Assembly (NCBI GenBank): GCA_964348515.1
Contig: CAYGDA010000001.1
Coordinates: 11,357-75,356, forward strand
Source: an uncultured Candidatus Saccharibacteria bacterium
GTDB lineage: Bacteria; Patescibacteriota; Minisyncoccia; Phycocordibacterales; UBA5272
Direction of reading: 5' to 3'
DNA: 64,000 nt
The notes beneath the pieces were generated by a model. The model searched no databases, was not told the origin of the DNA, and saw only the letters and a list, made by a program, of their open reading frames with translations. The position numbers and the translations under genes were made by a program. How positions within the stretch are numbered: the stretch's first letter is position 1; each line of letters begins with the position of its first letter. Shown piece after piece: positions 1 to 10,463 of this stretch.

Positions 1-129
1 AAATTCAACTTCCCGTCTCCAAAGACAACCTCCGAAACGAAAGCCGCTTAGTGTCTCATTTGCGGGTTGTAACATAACGTGGAACAAATCCGCGTTTTTT
101 TAATTTACTATGTGCGGTATAATTTCCGT

Positions 130-1329
130 ATGGGAATTCTTTCCAAGTCCTTTTCTTCTGCGGGTAATTCTCTTCTCATTGACATAGAAAGCGGCGCCGT
201 TACTTTCGCTGTTTATTCCGAGGAAGCACTAAAAAAACGTTCAAAAGACGCGGTTCTTTTCGTTCGCCGTGTTTTTATACCGGAAGAAAAAATTTTTGAC
301 AGAACCAAAGTGGAAGAGGAAATGAACTCGGCTATGGCCGCATGCCGCGAAGGGACAGAGAAATTCGGCAAATTGTCCAACACTTATGTAAGCGTTGGTG
401 CGCCATGGGTATATGTAAAGACCGTTACCGCTTCAAAAACATGGGAAACCCCGGTGGAAATAACAGATGATATTGTAAAGAATGTCCTGCAGGAAGAAGG
501 GGAGAAAAAAACTCCATACCATGAATATTTCCGTAATTTTTTCGGCAACATAGTGGAACCGGTGCGTACTCTCCGCTCGTCAAAAGAGCAATATTTTATA
601 AACGGGTATCCTTTTCCGACTTATCATTATAAAAAAGGACGCGAACTTACGGTAGTTGAGGAAGATTATGTTTTTATTCAGTGGATTTTGAAACTTATAG
701 AGAAGGAATGCGAACGGTATAATTCTGCACCGCCGTTTATATTGTCTTATAACGCAATCATCCCGTTTTTTGAAAAGGAACTGGAATATTTGTTTGTAAT
801 GATGGGAGCTTACACGACGGAAGTCGGATACATAGACACTGTTTCCAGATCCGTGCGCTTTTTGGAGGAGTTTCCTATAGGTGAAAAGACCCTCGTCAAT
901 GCTGTTGAGAGGAGCGGTAAAAAAACAAGCGCTGAAGCTGAATCATTGATAAATATGCATGTAGAAAAAAGGCTGGATACCCAGTTATCTCCCGAAGACC
1001 GCCGGATATTAAGCAATGTAGAGGGGGAATGGGTTAAAGAATTTGAGAAAATACTCCATAAGTTTTCAGAAGAAGCTGAGATGCCCGCTACGGTGTTCGC
1101 CGTGCCGTTCGAGAGAGCCGGATGGCTCAATACACTAATTCGTTCGGAGTCTTTTACACAGCCCCGATTACCTGAAAAAGCCTTTAATGTTATACTAAGC
1201 GAAGCGTTCCAGGGAGACGAACTAACCTTTTTGGCGAACGTTCCGTATCCGCGCCTGGCTCTCCTGTTTATGTATTTGGCGCAGACGCTCCGGTCTTCAA
1301 TTTTGTCTGTACGCATTTATGGCTCCTGA
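130..1329 (+). CDS. hypothetical protein (possible actin-like ATPase fold, FtsA/PilM-like N-terminus)
   Basis: ORF 79..1329 (GTG at 79). The first in-frame ATG at 130 lies 7 nt downstream of a perfect TATAAT (118-123), suggesting a leaderless mRNA. N-terminal 'LLIDIESGAVTFAV' resembles the phosphate-1 motif of actin-like ATPases. No firm family assignment. Confidence 0.4.
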   Translation: MGILSKSFSSAGNSLLIDIESGAVTFAVYSEEALKKRSKDAVLFVRRVFIPEEKIFDRTKVEEEMNSAMAACREGTEKFGKLSNTYVSVGAPWVYVKTVTASKTWETPVEITDDIVKNVLQEEGEKKTPYHEYFRNFFGNIVEPVRTLRSSKEQYFINGYPFPTYHYKKGRELTVVEEDYVFIQWILKLIEKECERYNSAPPFILSYNAIIPFFEKELEYLFVMMGAYTTEVGYIDTVSRSVRFLEEFPIGEKTLVNAVERSGKKTSAEAESLINMHVEKRLDTQLSPEDRRILSNVEGEWVKEFEKILHKFSEEAEMPATVFAVPFERAGWLNTLIRSESFTQPRLPEKAFNVILSEAFQGDELTFLANVPYPRLALLFMYLAQTLRSSILSVRIYGS

Positions 1330-2602
1330 AGAAAAGAAAACAATACGCGATATACAAATTAAGCACAAAACGTCCAAGGATGGCGGTCGTTCGTTCTCTT
1401 TCTATGCACCCGGGGGAGGGATCCGCGAGGACATTGAACCAGTGGTATCCTCTACAGACAGGGACATCACCCCCCCAAGAGAAAAACGAAAACGAGGGCT
1501 TCTTTTTTACGCAGGGATTCCTCTTTTGGCGGTTGTTGCGATAATTATTGCGTTCACTTATTTTTTTGCCAGCGCCACTCTTACGGTCACCCCGCTCTCG
1601 GCAAAAGCTCCGCTTCAGGACTCTTTTGTTTTTTCAGCGGATGAAAAAGCTCTGCAAAAAATAACGGTTCAGGTGGAAGGAGAGAAAAAACTGGCGCGGA
1701 CGGTAATTAATAAGGTTGAAAAAAAAGCGTCCGGGACCATAACCATATACAATATTTATGACAACAAGTCCCAACGTTTGGTAAAAAATACCCGTTTTGA
1801 AACTGAAGACGGCAAAATTTACAGAATAGATTCGTCGGTTGTTGTGCCTCCAATGCGGGTAGTCCAAGGTGAAAAAATTCCGGGAACAGTTGATGCAGTG
1901 GCACACGCCGATACCGTGGGGGAAGCCTACAATATAGGGCCTTCAAAATTTACCATTCCTGGATTTAAGGGCACACCGAAATATACCGGTTACTATGGAG
2001 AATCAAAAGAATCAATGACGGGAGGTGCTTCCAAGGATAAATTGGTTGTTGCGGAGGAAGATTTTAAAAAAGCCGCAGCGGAAATAGACGCTAAACTTAA
2101 TGCGGATATAAAGAATTCTCTTATGGCAAAAGTCCCCGATGGATTTATCCTTTACGACAACGGGATACATTACTCTTTCGGCGGAAATGAAAATGAAGTT
2201 AATCAAAACGATTCTCTGCCTTACAAACGCACAGCTGTTGCCACAGCTTATGTATTTTCAAAAGATGCCCTTGCCCGCCTTATTGCCGCAAAGGTTTTGG
2301 AAAAATACAACAACGAGCCCGTAAATATAAAGAATTTGGCAAATCTTACATTTGCTTACGGACGCGAACCGGATTTTGTTAAAGATGACAGCGTTTCCGT
2401 TCTTCTTACGGGAACTGCAGAGGTCGTCTGGATTCCGGACACAAAAAAATTTATAGAAAATGTCGCCGGTAAACCAAAAAGCATAGTTCCTTCAATAATG
2501 AACACATTCCCTTCAATAAAGGAGGTCAAAGTCAGCCTTGTTCCATTTTGGAAAAGTGATTTTCCGGAAGACGTTTCCGACATAAAGGCGGTGGTGGAAT
2601 AA
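1319..2602 (+). CDS. hypothetical membrane-anchored protein (one N-terminal TM helix, large extracytoplasmic domain)
   Basis: 427-aa ORF whose start overlaps the upstream stop (ATGGCTCCTGA). Basic N-terminus, then hydrophobic helix 'LLFYAGIPLLAVVAIIIAFTYFFA'. No recognisable catalytic motif. Confidence 0.5.
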   Translation: MAPEEKKTIRDIQIKHKTSKDGGRSFSFYAPGGGIREDIEPVVSSTDRDITPPREKRKRGLLFYAGIPLLAVVAIIIAFTYFFASATLTVTPLSAKAPLQDSFVFSADEKALQKITVQVEGEKKLARTVINKVEKKASGTITIYNIYDNKSQRLVKNTRFETEDGKIYRIDSSVVVPPMRVVQGEKIPGTVDAVAHADTVGEAYNIGPSKFTIPGFKGTPKYTGYYGESKESMTGGASKDKLVVAEEDFKKAAAEIDAKLNADIKNSLMAKVPDGFILYDNGIHYSFGGNENEVNQNDSLPYKRTAVATAYVFSKDALARLIAAKVLEKYNNEPVNIKNLANLTFAYGREPDFVKDDSVSVLLTGTAEVVWIPDTKKFIENVAGKPKSIVPSIMNTFPSIKEVKVSLVPFWKSDFPEDVSDIKAVVE

Positions 2603-2618
2603 ACAATAATTTTTAAAT

Positions 2619-2647
2619 TTGACCAAAGAGGCTAAAGCTATTACTAT
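2619..2647 (+). promoter_or_regulatory. sigma70-like promoter upstream of infA (TTGACC-17 nt-TACTAT)
   Basis: TTGACC at 2619-2624, 17-nt spacer, TACTAT at 2642-2647, about 11 nt before the infA ATG. Predicts a very short leader. Confidence 0.35.
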
Positions 2648-2658
2648 AAAGCGACCAA

Positions 2659-2874
2659 ATGAGTAAAGAAAATAAAGAAGATCTGGCGGAAGGAAGGGTT
2701 ATAGAAGCCTTACCGAGCACTCTTTTCCGGGTGGAAACTGGCAGCGGGGAAATCATACTTTCATACTTAAGCGGTAAGATGAGGATTCATAGAATCAAAA
2801 TCCTTATAGGAGACAAGGTTGTCATAAAAAAAGACCCTTATGGGGGCAAAGGGCGCATAGTGAAGCGCCTATAG
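2659..2874 (+). CDS. infA: translation initiation factor IF-1
   Basis: 71 aa; '...TLFRVETGSGEIILSYLSGKMRIHRIKILIGDKVVI...GRIVKRL' is the IF-1 S1-like fold signature. Sits at the head of the rpmJ-rpsM-rpsK-rpsD-rpoA-rplQ cluster. Confidence 0.9.
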   Translation: MSKENKEDLAEGRVIEALPSTLFRVETGSGEIILSYLSGKMRIHRIKILIGDKVVIKKDPYGGKGRIVKRL

Positions 2875-2979
2875 GGGCCGGTGAGAATAGGCAGGCGGAA
2901 AAGGCCTTGCAATTTGTTTGCTTTCTGGTAGAGTCTTTACCTATGTGAGGCACACCCCTCATCTGTTTTTCTTTTGTAT

Positions 2980-3093
2980 ATGAAAGTACGATCTTCCGTT
3001 AAAAAAATATGCAGCAAATGCAAGCTTGTAAAGCGCAAGGGTGTGCTTCGTGTTATATGCATTCGGCCCAAGTGTAAACAGCGCCAGGGCTAA
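2980..3093 (+). CDS. rpmJ: 50S ribosomal protein L36
   Basis: Manually translated 37-aa ORF '[37 protein letters not shown]' with the C-x2-C...C-x-x-x-x-H-like L36 zinc-ribbon pattern. Canonical position between infA and rpsM. Below the 60-aa cutoff of the ORF track. Confidence 0.85.
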   Translation: MKVRSSVKKICSKCKLVKRKGVLRVICIRPKCKQRQG

Positions 3094-3112
3094 ATAAAAC
3101 CCAAATAAATCA

Positions 3113-3493
3113 ATGAGAATCGCAGGTATAACCATCCCGGATAAGAAACGCATAGAAATAGGCTTAACCGCCGTTTATGGAATAGGACGGGTACGTGCCA
3201 AGGAAATATTGAAAAAAGCCGGCGTTGACGGCGGGAAAAAACCGGCTGATTTAGGAGCTCAGGAAGAAAATGCCATACGTAAAGAAATTGAGAGTTTCAA
3301 GACCGAAGGCGATTTACGCCGCGAAGTAGCGCAAAACATAAAGCGTCTCAAAGATGTTAAGTGTTACCGCGGGGTGCGTCACCTGCGCCGTCTGCCAGTA
3401 CGCGGACAGCGTACGAAGACAAATTCCCGTACAGTGCGCGGGAACGTGAGGAAGACTATGGGCAGCGGACGCCGTAAGTTGGAAAAAACATAA
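3113..3493 (+). CDS. rpsM: 30S ribosomal protein S13
   Basis: 'MRIAGITIPDKKRIEIGLTAVYGIGRVRAKEIL...' is a classic S13 N-terminus. Conserved operon position. Confidence 0.95.
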   Translation: MRIAGITIPDKKRIEIGLTAVYGIGRVRAKEILKKAGVDGGKKPADLGAQEENAIRKEIESFKTEGDLRREVAQNIKRLKDVKCYRGVRHLRRLPVRGQRTKTNSRTVRGNVRKTMGSGRRKLEKT

Positions 3494-3497
3494 AATT

Positions 3498-3932
3498 ATG
3501 GGAAAGAAACGAATTATAAAAAAGAATGACTCGGGAGTAGACCAAGGACTAAAAAGCCGCTCTCTTTCGAAGATTTTCAAGAAAAAAATAGCTGCCGGCA
3601 CTTTGTATGTTGAATCGACATACAACAACACCAGGCTTTCTTTGTCTGACAAAAACGGAAACGTGTTGGCTTGGTCATCCAGCGGGGCATTGGGATTCCG
3701 CGGAGCGAAAAAAGGAACTCCATTTGCTGCCTCCAAAATAGGAGATTTGATGGGGGAGAAAGCCTCGGCTGCAGGCATTAAAGAAGTTGACGTTGTGGTC
3801 AAGGGGGTCGGTTCTGGGCGTGAATCAAGTATTCGTTCGTTTTCCGCACGCGGCATTGATGTAACTGCAATCCGGGACATGACTCCCGTTCCGCATAATG
3901 GTCCTAAAGCGAAGAAACCCCGTCGCATCTAA
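3498..3932 (+). CDS. rpsK: 30S ribosomal protein S11
   Basis: '...GTLYVESTYNNTRLSLSDKNGNVLAWSSSGALGFRGAKKGTPFAA...' is the S11 signature. Follows rpsM. Confidence 0.95.
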   Translation: MGKKRIIKKNDSGVDQGLKSRSLSKIFKKKIAAGTLYVESTYNNTRLSLSDKNGNVLAWSSSGALGFRGAKKGTPFAASKIGDLMGEKASAAGIKEVDVVVKGVGSGRESSIRSFSARGIDVTAIRDMTPVPHNGPKAKKPRRI

Positions 3933-3960
3933 TTTTTTATATTAAATTACACTAAACATT

Positions 3961-4581
3961 ATGGATGCCAAATGTAAAATTTGCAGACGTGCCGGAGAGA
4001 AGCTCTTTTTGAAAGGGGACCGTTGTTTTACGCCAAAATGCGCAATGGTTAAGCGCCCTTATGCCCCGGGTAAACTTGATTCCGAAAGGAAGCACAAGTC
4101 ACAGGTTACTGAATATGGCCTTCAGCTTCGTGAGAAGCAGAAGGTTCGTAACATATACGGAGTTTCCGAGAAACAATTCCGTAATTATGTGGATAAGGCC
4201 ATGGGGCACAAAGGTGTGGAGACTACGGGTCTTCTTTTTGAAAGCCTGGAAAGCCGTCTTGATAACGTGGTTTTTAGACTCGGCTTTGTACCGTCACGCG
4301 CTTTAGCGCGCCAAAGCGTTTCCCACGGCCATGTGTTAGTTAACGGAAAGAGAACAACTGTACCTTCATACAAGGTGCGCGTTGGAGATACAATCTCTTT
4401 CCGCGAGGGGAGCAAAGTAAGCAAGTTGTTCGCATTAGCAGCCGAGCGCGTAAAAAATATTACACCTCCGACCTGGCTTTCCCTGGATAAGGAAAAAATG
4501 GTCGCCGAGATTAAAGGGAAGCCCAAAGATACGGAAATTGTTTACAATCTTCAGTCTGTTGTGGAGTTCTATAGCAGATAA
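3961..4581 (+). CDS. rpsD: 30S ribosomal protein S4
   Basis: N-terminal Cys cluster 'CKICRRAGEKLFLKGDRCFTPKC' plus an S4 RNA-binding domain. Follows rpsK. Confidence 0.95.
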   Translation: MDAKCKICRRAGEKLFLKGDRCFTPKCAMVKRPYAPGKLDSERKHKSQVTEYGLQLREKQKVRNIYGVSEKQFRNYVDKAMGHKGVETTGLLFESLESRLDNVVFRLGFVPSRALARQSVSHGHVLVNGKRTTVPSYKVRVGDTISFREGSKVSKLFALAAERVKNITPPTWLSLDKEKMVAEIKGKPKDTEIVYNLQSVVEFYSR

Positions 4582-4650
4582 AAGATTGTCAATATTGCCA
4601 TAGAGCAAAAAGTAATGTAAGATTATAACCCTATTTTCCATAAAACAAAC

Positions 4651-5601
4651 ATGTCGCATTCAATACTTTTACCTTCGAAGCCGAGGGTGGTCAAAGAGGA
4701 GGGAAACACCGGTATCTACGAGATAGACGGGCTTTACCCCGGATATGGGCACACGCTCGGTAATTCACTGCGCCGTATAATTCTTTCTTCCATACCGGGG
4801 GCAGCTATCACTTCGCTTAAAATTGACGGGGTAAGTCATGAATTTTCAACTTTGCCAGGAATTGAAGAGGACGTAATCACCCTTCTTTTAAATCTCCAGA
4901 AGATACGTTTTCGTCTGTTTAGTGAAGAGGCTCAAAAAATTACCCTTTCGGTGAAAGGTGCTCGCGAAGTAACGGCTAAGGATTTAAAATGCCCTAGCCA
5001 GGTCGAAGTGGTAAACACAGACCAACATATAACAAACCTCACCGGCAAAGAGGCTTCTCTTGTTATTGAAATGACAATCGAAAAGGGCCTTGGTTATGTT
5101 CCAAAAGAAGCGCATTACAAAGAGAAGGTGGAGGTTGGGACTATCGCGCTTGATGCTTCCTTTACTCCCATCAAGCGCGCGAACTACGAAGTCGAGAATA
5201 TGCGTGTTGGAGACAGAACTGACCATAACCGCCTCAGGCTCTTCATAGAAACTGATGGTACAGTATCCCCGCGCGAAACCCTGGAACACTCCATAGGGCT
5301 TATGATTAAACAACTTCAGGCAGTTGTAGGTTTTAAAGAAACAGCTATAGAAACTAAGGAATCCTCCGAGGAAAAAGCCGAGTCTGTTCAAAAAGAAGAG
5401 GTGGATTTGGGTAAAGTAAAAGTGGAGGAACTATCTCTTTCAACCCGGACCCTTAACGCTCTTACGGAGGCCAGCATTAAATCTTTGGCCGGACTCGCCA
5501 GAAAAAAAGAGGAGGATCTCCTCGAGCTTGAAGGCCTGGGAGAAAAGGGTATTCAGGAAATAAAGAGGGCCTTAAGCAATTACGGACTAACGCTCAAATA
5601 A
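4651..5601 (+). CDS. rpoA: DNA-directed RNA polymerase subunit alpha
   Basis: '...[37 protein letters not shown]...' is the alpha NTD. C-terminal '[22 protein letters not shown]' is the helix-hairpin-helix CTD. Confidence 0.95.
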   Translation: [316 protein letters not shown]

Positions 5602-5631
5602 TATTAAGGGTCGTTACAGGAATTACTGAAA

Positions 5632-5988
5632 ATGAAACACCACAAGTCAACAAGAAAATTCGGAAGAGAAAAAGATGTTAGAAACGCGCTTATAAAAGGC
5701 TTGGCTCTCTCGCTGATAATTCATGGCGGAATAAAAACGACGGAAGCAAAGGCTAAGGAACTGCGTCCTTTCATAGAAAAACTTATCACCAGGGCAAAGA
5801 AGGATTCCGTGGCAAACCGCCGCATTGTGGCGGCTCACCTCGGTAACCGTTCGGAAGAAATCAAAAAACTCTTTGAGGAGATAGCGCCGTCTTTCAAGGA
5901 ACGCGCCGGCGGATACACACGTATTTTGAAATTCCCGGCTCGTAAAAGCGACGGAGCGAGCCTTGCCGCCATTGAATTTGTGCAGTAA
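5632..5988 (+). CDS. rplQ: 50S ribosomal protein L17
   Basis: 'MKHHKSTRKFGREKDVRNALIKGLALSLIIHGGIKTTEAKAKELRPFIEKLIT' is the L17 signature. Follows rpoA. Confidence 0.95.
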   Translation: MKHHKSTRKFGREKDVRNALIKGLALSLIIHGGIKTTEAKAKELRPFIEKLITRAKKDSVANRRIVAAHLGNRSEEIKKLFEEIAPSFKERAGGYTRILKFPARKSDGASLAAIEFVQ

Positions 5989-5999
5989 AACTAACCACC

Positions 6000-6344
6000 A
6001 TGAAATATACCATTGACGCAAAGGAAAAAAGTTTGGGAAGAATTGCCAGCGAAGCGGCCTCGGTTCTCCTTGGAAAGAAAACAATCCCTTTCAAAAAAAA
6101 TGTTGTCGCTGATATCGAGGTGGAAGTGATAAACGCGTCAAAAGTTAAAATAACTGGTAAAAAATTGGACCAAAAAAACTATGTGCGCTACTCGGGACAT
6201 CCGGGCGGATTGAAATCAGAAAAGATGAAAGTTTTGGCGGACCGTAAGGGATTTTCTGAAGTAATCAAAAACGCCATAAGCGGGATGTTGCCAAAAAATA
6301 AATTGCGTACCCCAAGATTGCTCAGGCTAAAAATTACCGAATAA
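6000..6344 (+). CDS. rplM: 50S ribosomal protein L13
   Basis: '...AKEKSLGRIASEAASVLLGKKTIPFKKNVVADIEV...' shows L13 family similarity. Forms the rplM-rpsI pair. Confidence 0.93.
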   Translation: MKYTIDAKEKSLGRIASEAASVLLGKKTIPFKKNVVADIEVEVINASKVKITGKKLDQKNYVRYSGHPGGLKSEKMKVLADRKGFSEVIKNAISGMLPKNKLRTPRLLRLKITE

Positions 6345-6348
6345 TATT

Positions 6349-6753
6349 ATGGAACCAAAAGCAAAAAATTACATAGAAACAATAGGTCGCCGCAAAAGCG
6401 CCACTGCCCGTGTCCGCATAACTCCTTCCGCCAAGACTCAAATTACGGTAAATGGCGATTCTTCCGACGATTATTTTAAAACCGGAGAGCTGAGGGCCAT
6501 CACCAAAGAATCAATCGAGAAATCGGGAATTCCCCAGAAGTTTATTGTGACAGCCAAAGTTTTAGGAGGCGGTACCCACGCTCAGGCTGAAGCAATACGG
6601 CTCGGCATTGCCCGCGGAATTGTGAAGCATGATCCGGAAACTAAAACCGCCCTTAAAAAGGCCGGGTTTCTCAAACGTGATTCGCGTAAAGTTGAACGTA
6701 AGAAGTTTGGTCTCAAAAAGGCCCGTAAGGCTCCGAAGTGGAGTAAACGCTAA
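6349..6753 (+). CDS. rpsI: 30S ribosomal protein S9
   Basis: '...IETIGRRKSATARVRI...' with the basic C-terminal tail '...KKARKAPKWSKR' ending in the S9-typical KR. Confidence 0.95.
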   Translation: MEPKAKNYIETIGRRKSATARVRITPSAKTQITVNGDSSDDYFKTGELRAITKESIEKSGIPQKFIVTAKVLGGGTHAQAEAIRLGIARGIVKHDPETKTALKKAGFLKRDSRKVERKKFGLKKARKAPKWSKR

Positions 6754-6832
6754 TTTATCGGCTCTTTTTCCGTGTTTGGTGCTTCCCTAAATCTTAACGC
6801 GCTTTGTTTTAAGGTGAGCGAATCAGTAATAT

Positions 6833-7429
6833 ATGAGCCCTCATCACTCCAAAAAAGAAGAAAATCCGAAAGAAACTAATGAAAGCAATGAGGTTGATTT
6901 TGAATTTGAAGGAGTTTCAGAAGACGGCGGTCTGGAATATGCCGAAAAACTTAAAAAATTAAGAGATAAGTTAAAGGAAACGGAGAGAGAAAAAGCTGAG
7001 TATCTTCTGGGGTGGCAAAGAGCCAAAGCTGACGCAATAAACCGGGAAAAGGAAATAGCCAAAGAAAGGGAGGTAGTCCGCCGTTTTGCCTCCGAGAATC
7101 TTATACTGGAAATCCTTCCGGTTCTGGACAGTTTTGAGATGGCTAAATCAAACGAAACGGCCTGGAACGCGGTAGACCCGTCATGGAGAAAGGGTATTGA
7201 ACATATTTTCGGGCAATTGTATACTACCCTCGCCGCAAATGGACTGAAACGATTTGGAGCTGTCGGAGAGAAATTTGATGTTACGCGGCATGACGGAACT
7301 GAAGAAGAAATAGTCACCGAACCTGATAAAGATCACATAATTACGCGAGTTTTAGGAAGCGGTTACGAGTTGGGGGGCAAAGTTATAAGGGGGGCCAAAG
7401 TATGCGTTGGTATTTATAAGAAAAACTAA
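6833..7429 (+). CDS. grpE: nucleotide exchange factor GrpE
   Basis: Acidic N-terminus, coiled-coil '...[37 protein letters not shown]...' and C-terminal beta domain '...[23 protein letters not shown]'. Immediately upstream of dnaK. Confidence 0.9.
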   Translation: MSPHHSKKEENPKETNESNEVDFEFEGVSEDGGLEYAEKLKKLRDKLKETEREKAEYLLGWQRAKADAINREKEIAKEREVVRRFASENLILEILPVLDSFEMAKSNETAWNAVDPSWRKGIEHIFGQLYTTLAANGLKRFGAVGEKFDVTRHDGTEEEIVTEPDKDHIITRVLGSGYELGGKVIRGAKVCVGIYKKN

Positions 7430-7445
7430 TCAGAACTTAACAATT

Positions 7446-9302
7446 ATGGCTAAAATCATTGGAATTGACTTAGGTACGACTAACTCTGCGGTTGCCATCA
7501 TTGAATCAGGCAATCCTAAAATAGTGGAAAATGTGGAAGGGGCGAGAACTACACCTTCCATTGTTGCTATGGCAAAAAACGGAGAGCGTCTTGTCGGGCT
7601 TTTGGCAAAACGCCAGGCTGTTACTAATCCTGAAAATACAATTTCCGGAATCAAGCGCTTTATGGGGCACAGGTTTGATGAGAAAGACATAGAAAAAGAC
7701 CGCGGAGTGGTTCCATTTAAGATACTACGCGGAAATGACGGCGGAGTTGAGGTTACAATGAGCGGAAAAGAATACCGCCCCGAAGAAGTTTCAGCGATGA
7801 TTCTGCAGAAAATTAAGCAGGATGTGGAGGCCAAACTCGGAGAAAGCGTCACGGAAGCAGTTATTACCGTCCCCGCATATTTCAACGACGCCCAGCGCAA
7901 GGCTACAAAAGACGCCGGGAAAATTGCCGGACTTGATGTTAAGCGCATAATAAACGAACCTACGGCTGCCGCACTAGCCTACGGTTTTAATAAAAAGAAG
8001 AACGAAAAAATAGCAGTTTACGATTTTGGAGGAGGAACATTTGATATTTCCATTTTGGAAGTAGGGGAAGATGTTGTTGAGGTAAAATCCGTCGACGGAG
8101 ATTCCCACCTGGGTGGGGAAGACATAGACCAGGTAATTGTCCGGTGGATTGCCGATGAGTTCAAAAAAGAGTCCGGAATTGATGTCACAAAAGACGCATT
8201 GGCTCTTCAGCGTCTGAAGGAATCCGCCGAGAAAGCAAAACACGAACTTTCCACCACACTGGAGACGGAAATAAATATTCCGTTCATCACCTCCGATGCA
8301 TCCGGACCAAGACACCTCCTCTTAAAAATGTCGCGGTCAAAACTGGAAAATCTGGCGAAGGAATTTATCGACCGCTCAATAATGATTACCAAGCGCGCCC
8401 TGGAAAATTCACCATTCAAAAAGGATGAAATACAGGAAGTGGTTATGGTCGGAGGACAGACCAGAATGCCGGCCATAATAGAAGCCGTAAAAACTTTCTT
8501 TGGTAAAGAACCTAACCGCTCCATAAATCCCGACGAAGTTGTCGCTTTGGGAGCGGCGGTACAGGCCGGAGTGCTCCAGGGAGACGTCAAAGATGTTCTA
8601 CTCCTGGATGTCATCCCTCTTTCCCTTGGGATTGAAACTTTCGGCGGAGTTGCCACAAAACTTATAGACAAGAACACCACTATCCCCACATCACGCAGCC
8701 AGGTATTTTCCACCGCGTCTGATAACCAAACCTCTGTTGAAATTCACATCACTCAGGGAGAACGCCCCATGGCCGCCGACAATAAAAGTCTGGGGAGGTT
8801 TATCCTGGACGGAATTCCTCCCGCCAGGCGCGGTATGCCCCAGGTCGAAGTGACTTTCGACGTTGACGCAAACGGAATTTTAAGCGTAACGGCAAAAGAC
8901 AAAACTTCCGGTAAAACCCAGTCAATCCGGATTGAAGCAAGTTCCGGTCTTACGGATAAAGATATAGAAAGAATGACCAGTGACGCCGAGATTCACGCTG
9001 AAGAGGATAAAAAGAAGCAGGAATTGGCTGAATCCAAAAACGCAGCACAAATGCTTATTTACACTGCTGAGAAAGCCCTGAATGACAGCAAGGACAAAAT
9101 AAGTGACGCTATAAAAGCTGAAGTAACCGAGAAAATAGAAAAAGTTAAATCAGTGCATCATGGCACCGACGCCGAAGCTATTGAAAATGCAAATAAAGAG
9201 CTGTCTGAGTCTATGCAGAAGATTGGAGAAGAACTGATGAAAAAGGGCGGGGGGGAAAACACGGAACCGGCACCGGAAGAACCAAAACCTGAAGGTAACT
9301 AA
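7446..9302 (+). CDS. dnaK: molecular chaperone DnaK (Hsp70)
   Basis: '[17 protein letters not shown]...' and 'DLGGGTFD' Hsp70 signatures. Start taken at the MAK ATG (7446) rather than the upstream in-frame ATG at 7407. Confidence 0.97.
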   Translation: MAKIIGIDLGTTNSAVAIIESGNPKIVENVEGARTTPSIVAMAKNGERLVGLLAKRQAVTNPENTISGIKRFMGHRFDEKDIEKDRGVVPFKILRGNDGGVEVTMSGKEYRPEEVSAMILQKIKQDVEAKLGESVTEAVITVPAYFNDAQRKATKDAGKIAGLDVKRIINEPTAAALAYGFNKKKNEKIAVYDFGGGTFDISILEVGEDVVEVKSVDGDSHLGGEDIDQVIVRWIADEFKKESGIDVTKDALALQRLKESAEKAKHELSTTLETEINIPFITSDASGPRHLLLKMSRSKLENLAKEFIDRSIMITKRALENSPFKKDEIQEVVMVGGQTRMPAIIEAVKTFFGKEPNRSINPDEVVALGAAVQAGVLQGDVKDVLLLDVIPLSLGIETFGGVATKLIDKNTTIPTSRSQVFSTASDNQTSVEIHITQGERPMAADNKSLGRFILDGIPPARRGMPQVEVTFDVDANGILSVTAKDKTSGKTQSIRIEASSGLTDKDIERMTSDAEIHAEEDKKKQELAESKNAAQMLIYTAEKALNDSKDKISDAIKAEVTEKIEKVKSVHHGTDAEAIENANKELSESMQKIGEELMKKGGGENTEPAPEEPKPEGN

Positions 9303-9375
9303 GACGACGGTAGCTCTCATTTGTCGTTCAAGATTCTTTCTGTTAAAGTTTCTATCCTAGCGTCTGACTTAAAGC

Positions 9376-10455
9376 ATGGCTACGAAAAACTACTACCAAA
9401 TATTGGGTGTTCCCAAGAGCGCTTCCAAGGATGATATAAAAAAAGCCTTCTATAAACTTGCTCATAAATATCATCCCGACAAAAAAGACGGCGACGAGGC
9501 AAAGTTCAAAGAAGTAAATGAAGCCTACCAGATACTTTCCGACGACCAAAAGCGCAAAGAATACGATACTTACGGGCAGACATTCAGCGGAGCGGGTCCC
9601 GGCGCAGCGTCGGGATTCCAGGGATTTGAAAATGTTGATTTCGGAGATTTTGATTTTGGAAATCTCGGCGACATCTTTTCCGAATTTTTCTCGCAGGGTG
9701 CGGGAGGGCCGGGGTTCGGACGCCGCGAAAGGCGCGGCCGGGATATGTCTCTTGAAATTGATATATCTTTCAAGGAAGCGATATTTGGCGGAGAAAGACG
9801 TGTGCTTATAAACAAACTTTCAAAATGTTCCGCTTGTCACGGTTCAGGCGCCAAAGAGGGAAGCAAAGTAATTCCCTGTACGCGCTGCAACGGCCAGGGG
9901 AAAATTCACGAAACGAAAAAATCATTTATGGGGGTATTTTCCGCCGTGCGTCCGTGTGATGCCTGCGACGGTACCGGCAAGGTTCCGGAAACATCCTGTA
10001 GCCCGTGTAAAGGAGCGGGGACTGTCAAAAAAAGCGAAGAGATTGTCATCAAAATTCCTCCGGGAATTGAGAACGGGGAAATTATCCGCCTTAGCGAAAT
10101 GGGAGAAGCAAAAGGACGCGGCGTTTCCGGCGATCTTTATATAAAAGTTTTTGTTTCGCCACACCCCGTCTTCAAGCGTGAAGGCCTTAATTTATCAATG
10201 ACAAAAAACATAAAGCTTTCTGACGCTCTCTTGGGCGGCTCTTACACAATTGAGACTCTGGACGGCGATATGACCGTAAATATTCCCGCGGGCACTTCTT
10301 CAGGAGATGTAATAAAATTGAAAGACCGCGGGGTTCCTGACCAATCACGCAGCCGCCGTGGCGACCTTTTAATACGTGTTGAAGTAAAAACTCCAAACAA
10401 ACTTTCCAAAAAAGCCAAGGATTTGGTTGAGGAACTGAAAAAAGAAGGATTGTAG
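9376..10455 (+). CDS. dnaJ: molecular chaperone DnaJ
   Basis: J-domain with HPD ('KYHPDKK'), G/F-rich region, and four CxxCxGxG zinc-finger repeats ('CSACHGSG', 'CTRCNGQG', 'CDACDGTG', 'CSPCKGAG'). Confidence 0.95.
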   Translation: MATKNYYQILGVPKSASKDDIKKAFYKLAHKYHPDKKDGDEAKFKEVNEAYQILSDDQKRKEYDTYGQTFSGAGPGAASGFQGFENVDFGDFDFGNLGDIFSEFFSQGAGGPGFGRRERRGRDMSLEIDISFKEAIFGGERRVLINKLSKCSACHGSGAKEGSKVIPCTRCNGQGKIHETKKSFMGVFSAVRPCDACDGTGKVPETSCSPCKGAGTVKKSEEIVIKIPPGIENGEIIRLSEMGEAKGRGVSGDLYIKVFVSPHPVFKREGLNLSMTKNIKLSDALLGGSYTIETLDGDMTVNIPAGTSSGDVIKLKDRGVPDQSRSRRGDLLIRVEVKTPNKLSKKAKDLVEELKKEGL

Positions 10456-10463
10456 AAAAAAAC

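Noticed and set aside
79-129. GTG start at 79 for the first CDS
   Set aside because: A perfect TATAAT at 118-123 lies inside this extension, which makes the downstream ATG at 130 the more plausible leaderless start.
2943-2975. Hairpin plus T-rich tract between infA and rpmJ (possible attenuator)
   Set aside because: The stem needs a G.U pair and is only 5-6 bp. Both genes belong to the same conserved operon, so a strong terminator here is unlikely. I left it unannotated.
3314-3928. 204-aa minus-strand ORF across rpsM/rpsK
   Set aside because: It is antisense to two unambiguous ribosomal protein genes and has no signals.
6754-6832. CIRCE/HrcA operator upstream of grpE-dnaK-dnaJ
   Set aside because: I looked for TTAGCACTC-N9-GAGTGCTAA or a close variant in the rpsI-grpE gap and found none. 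No hrcA gene is in the window.
6844-8713. Minus-strand ORFs antisense to grpE and dnaK (6844..7317, 7430..7948, 8207..8713)
   Set aside because: They are opposite highly conserved chaperone genes and their translations are low-complexity S/T/P-rich.
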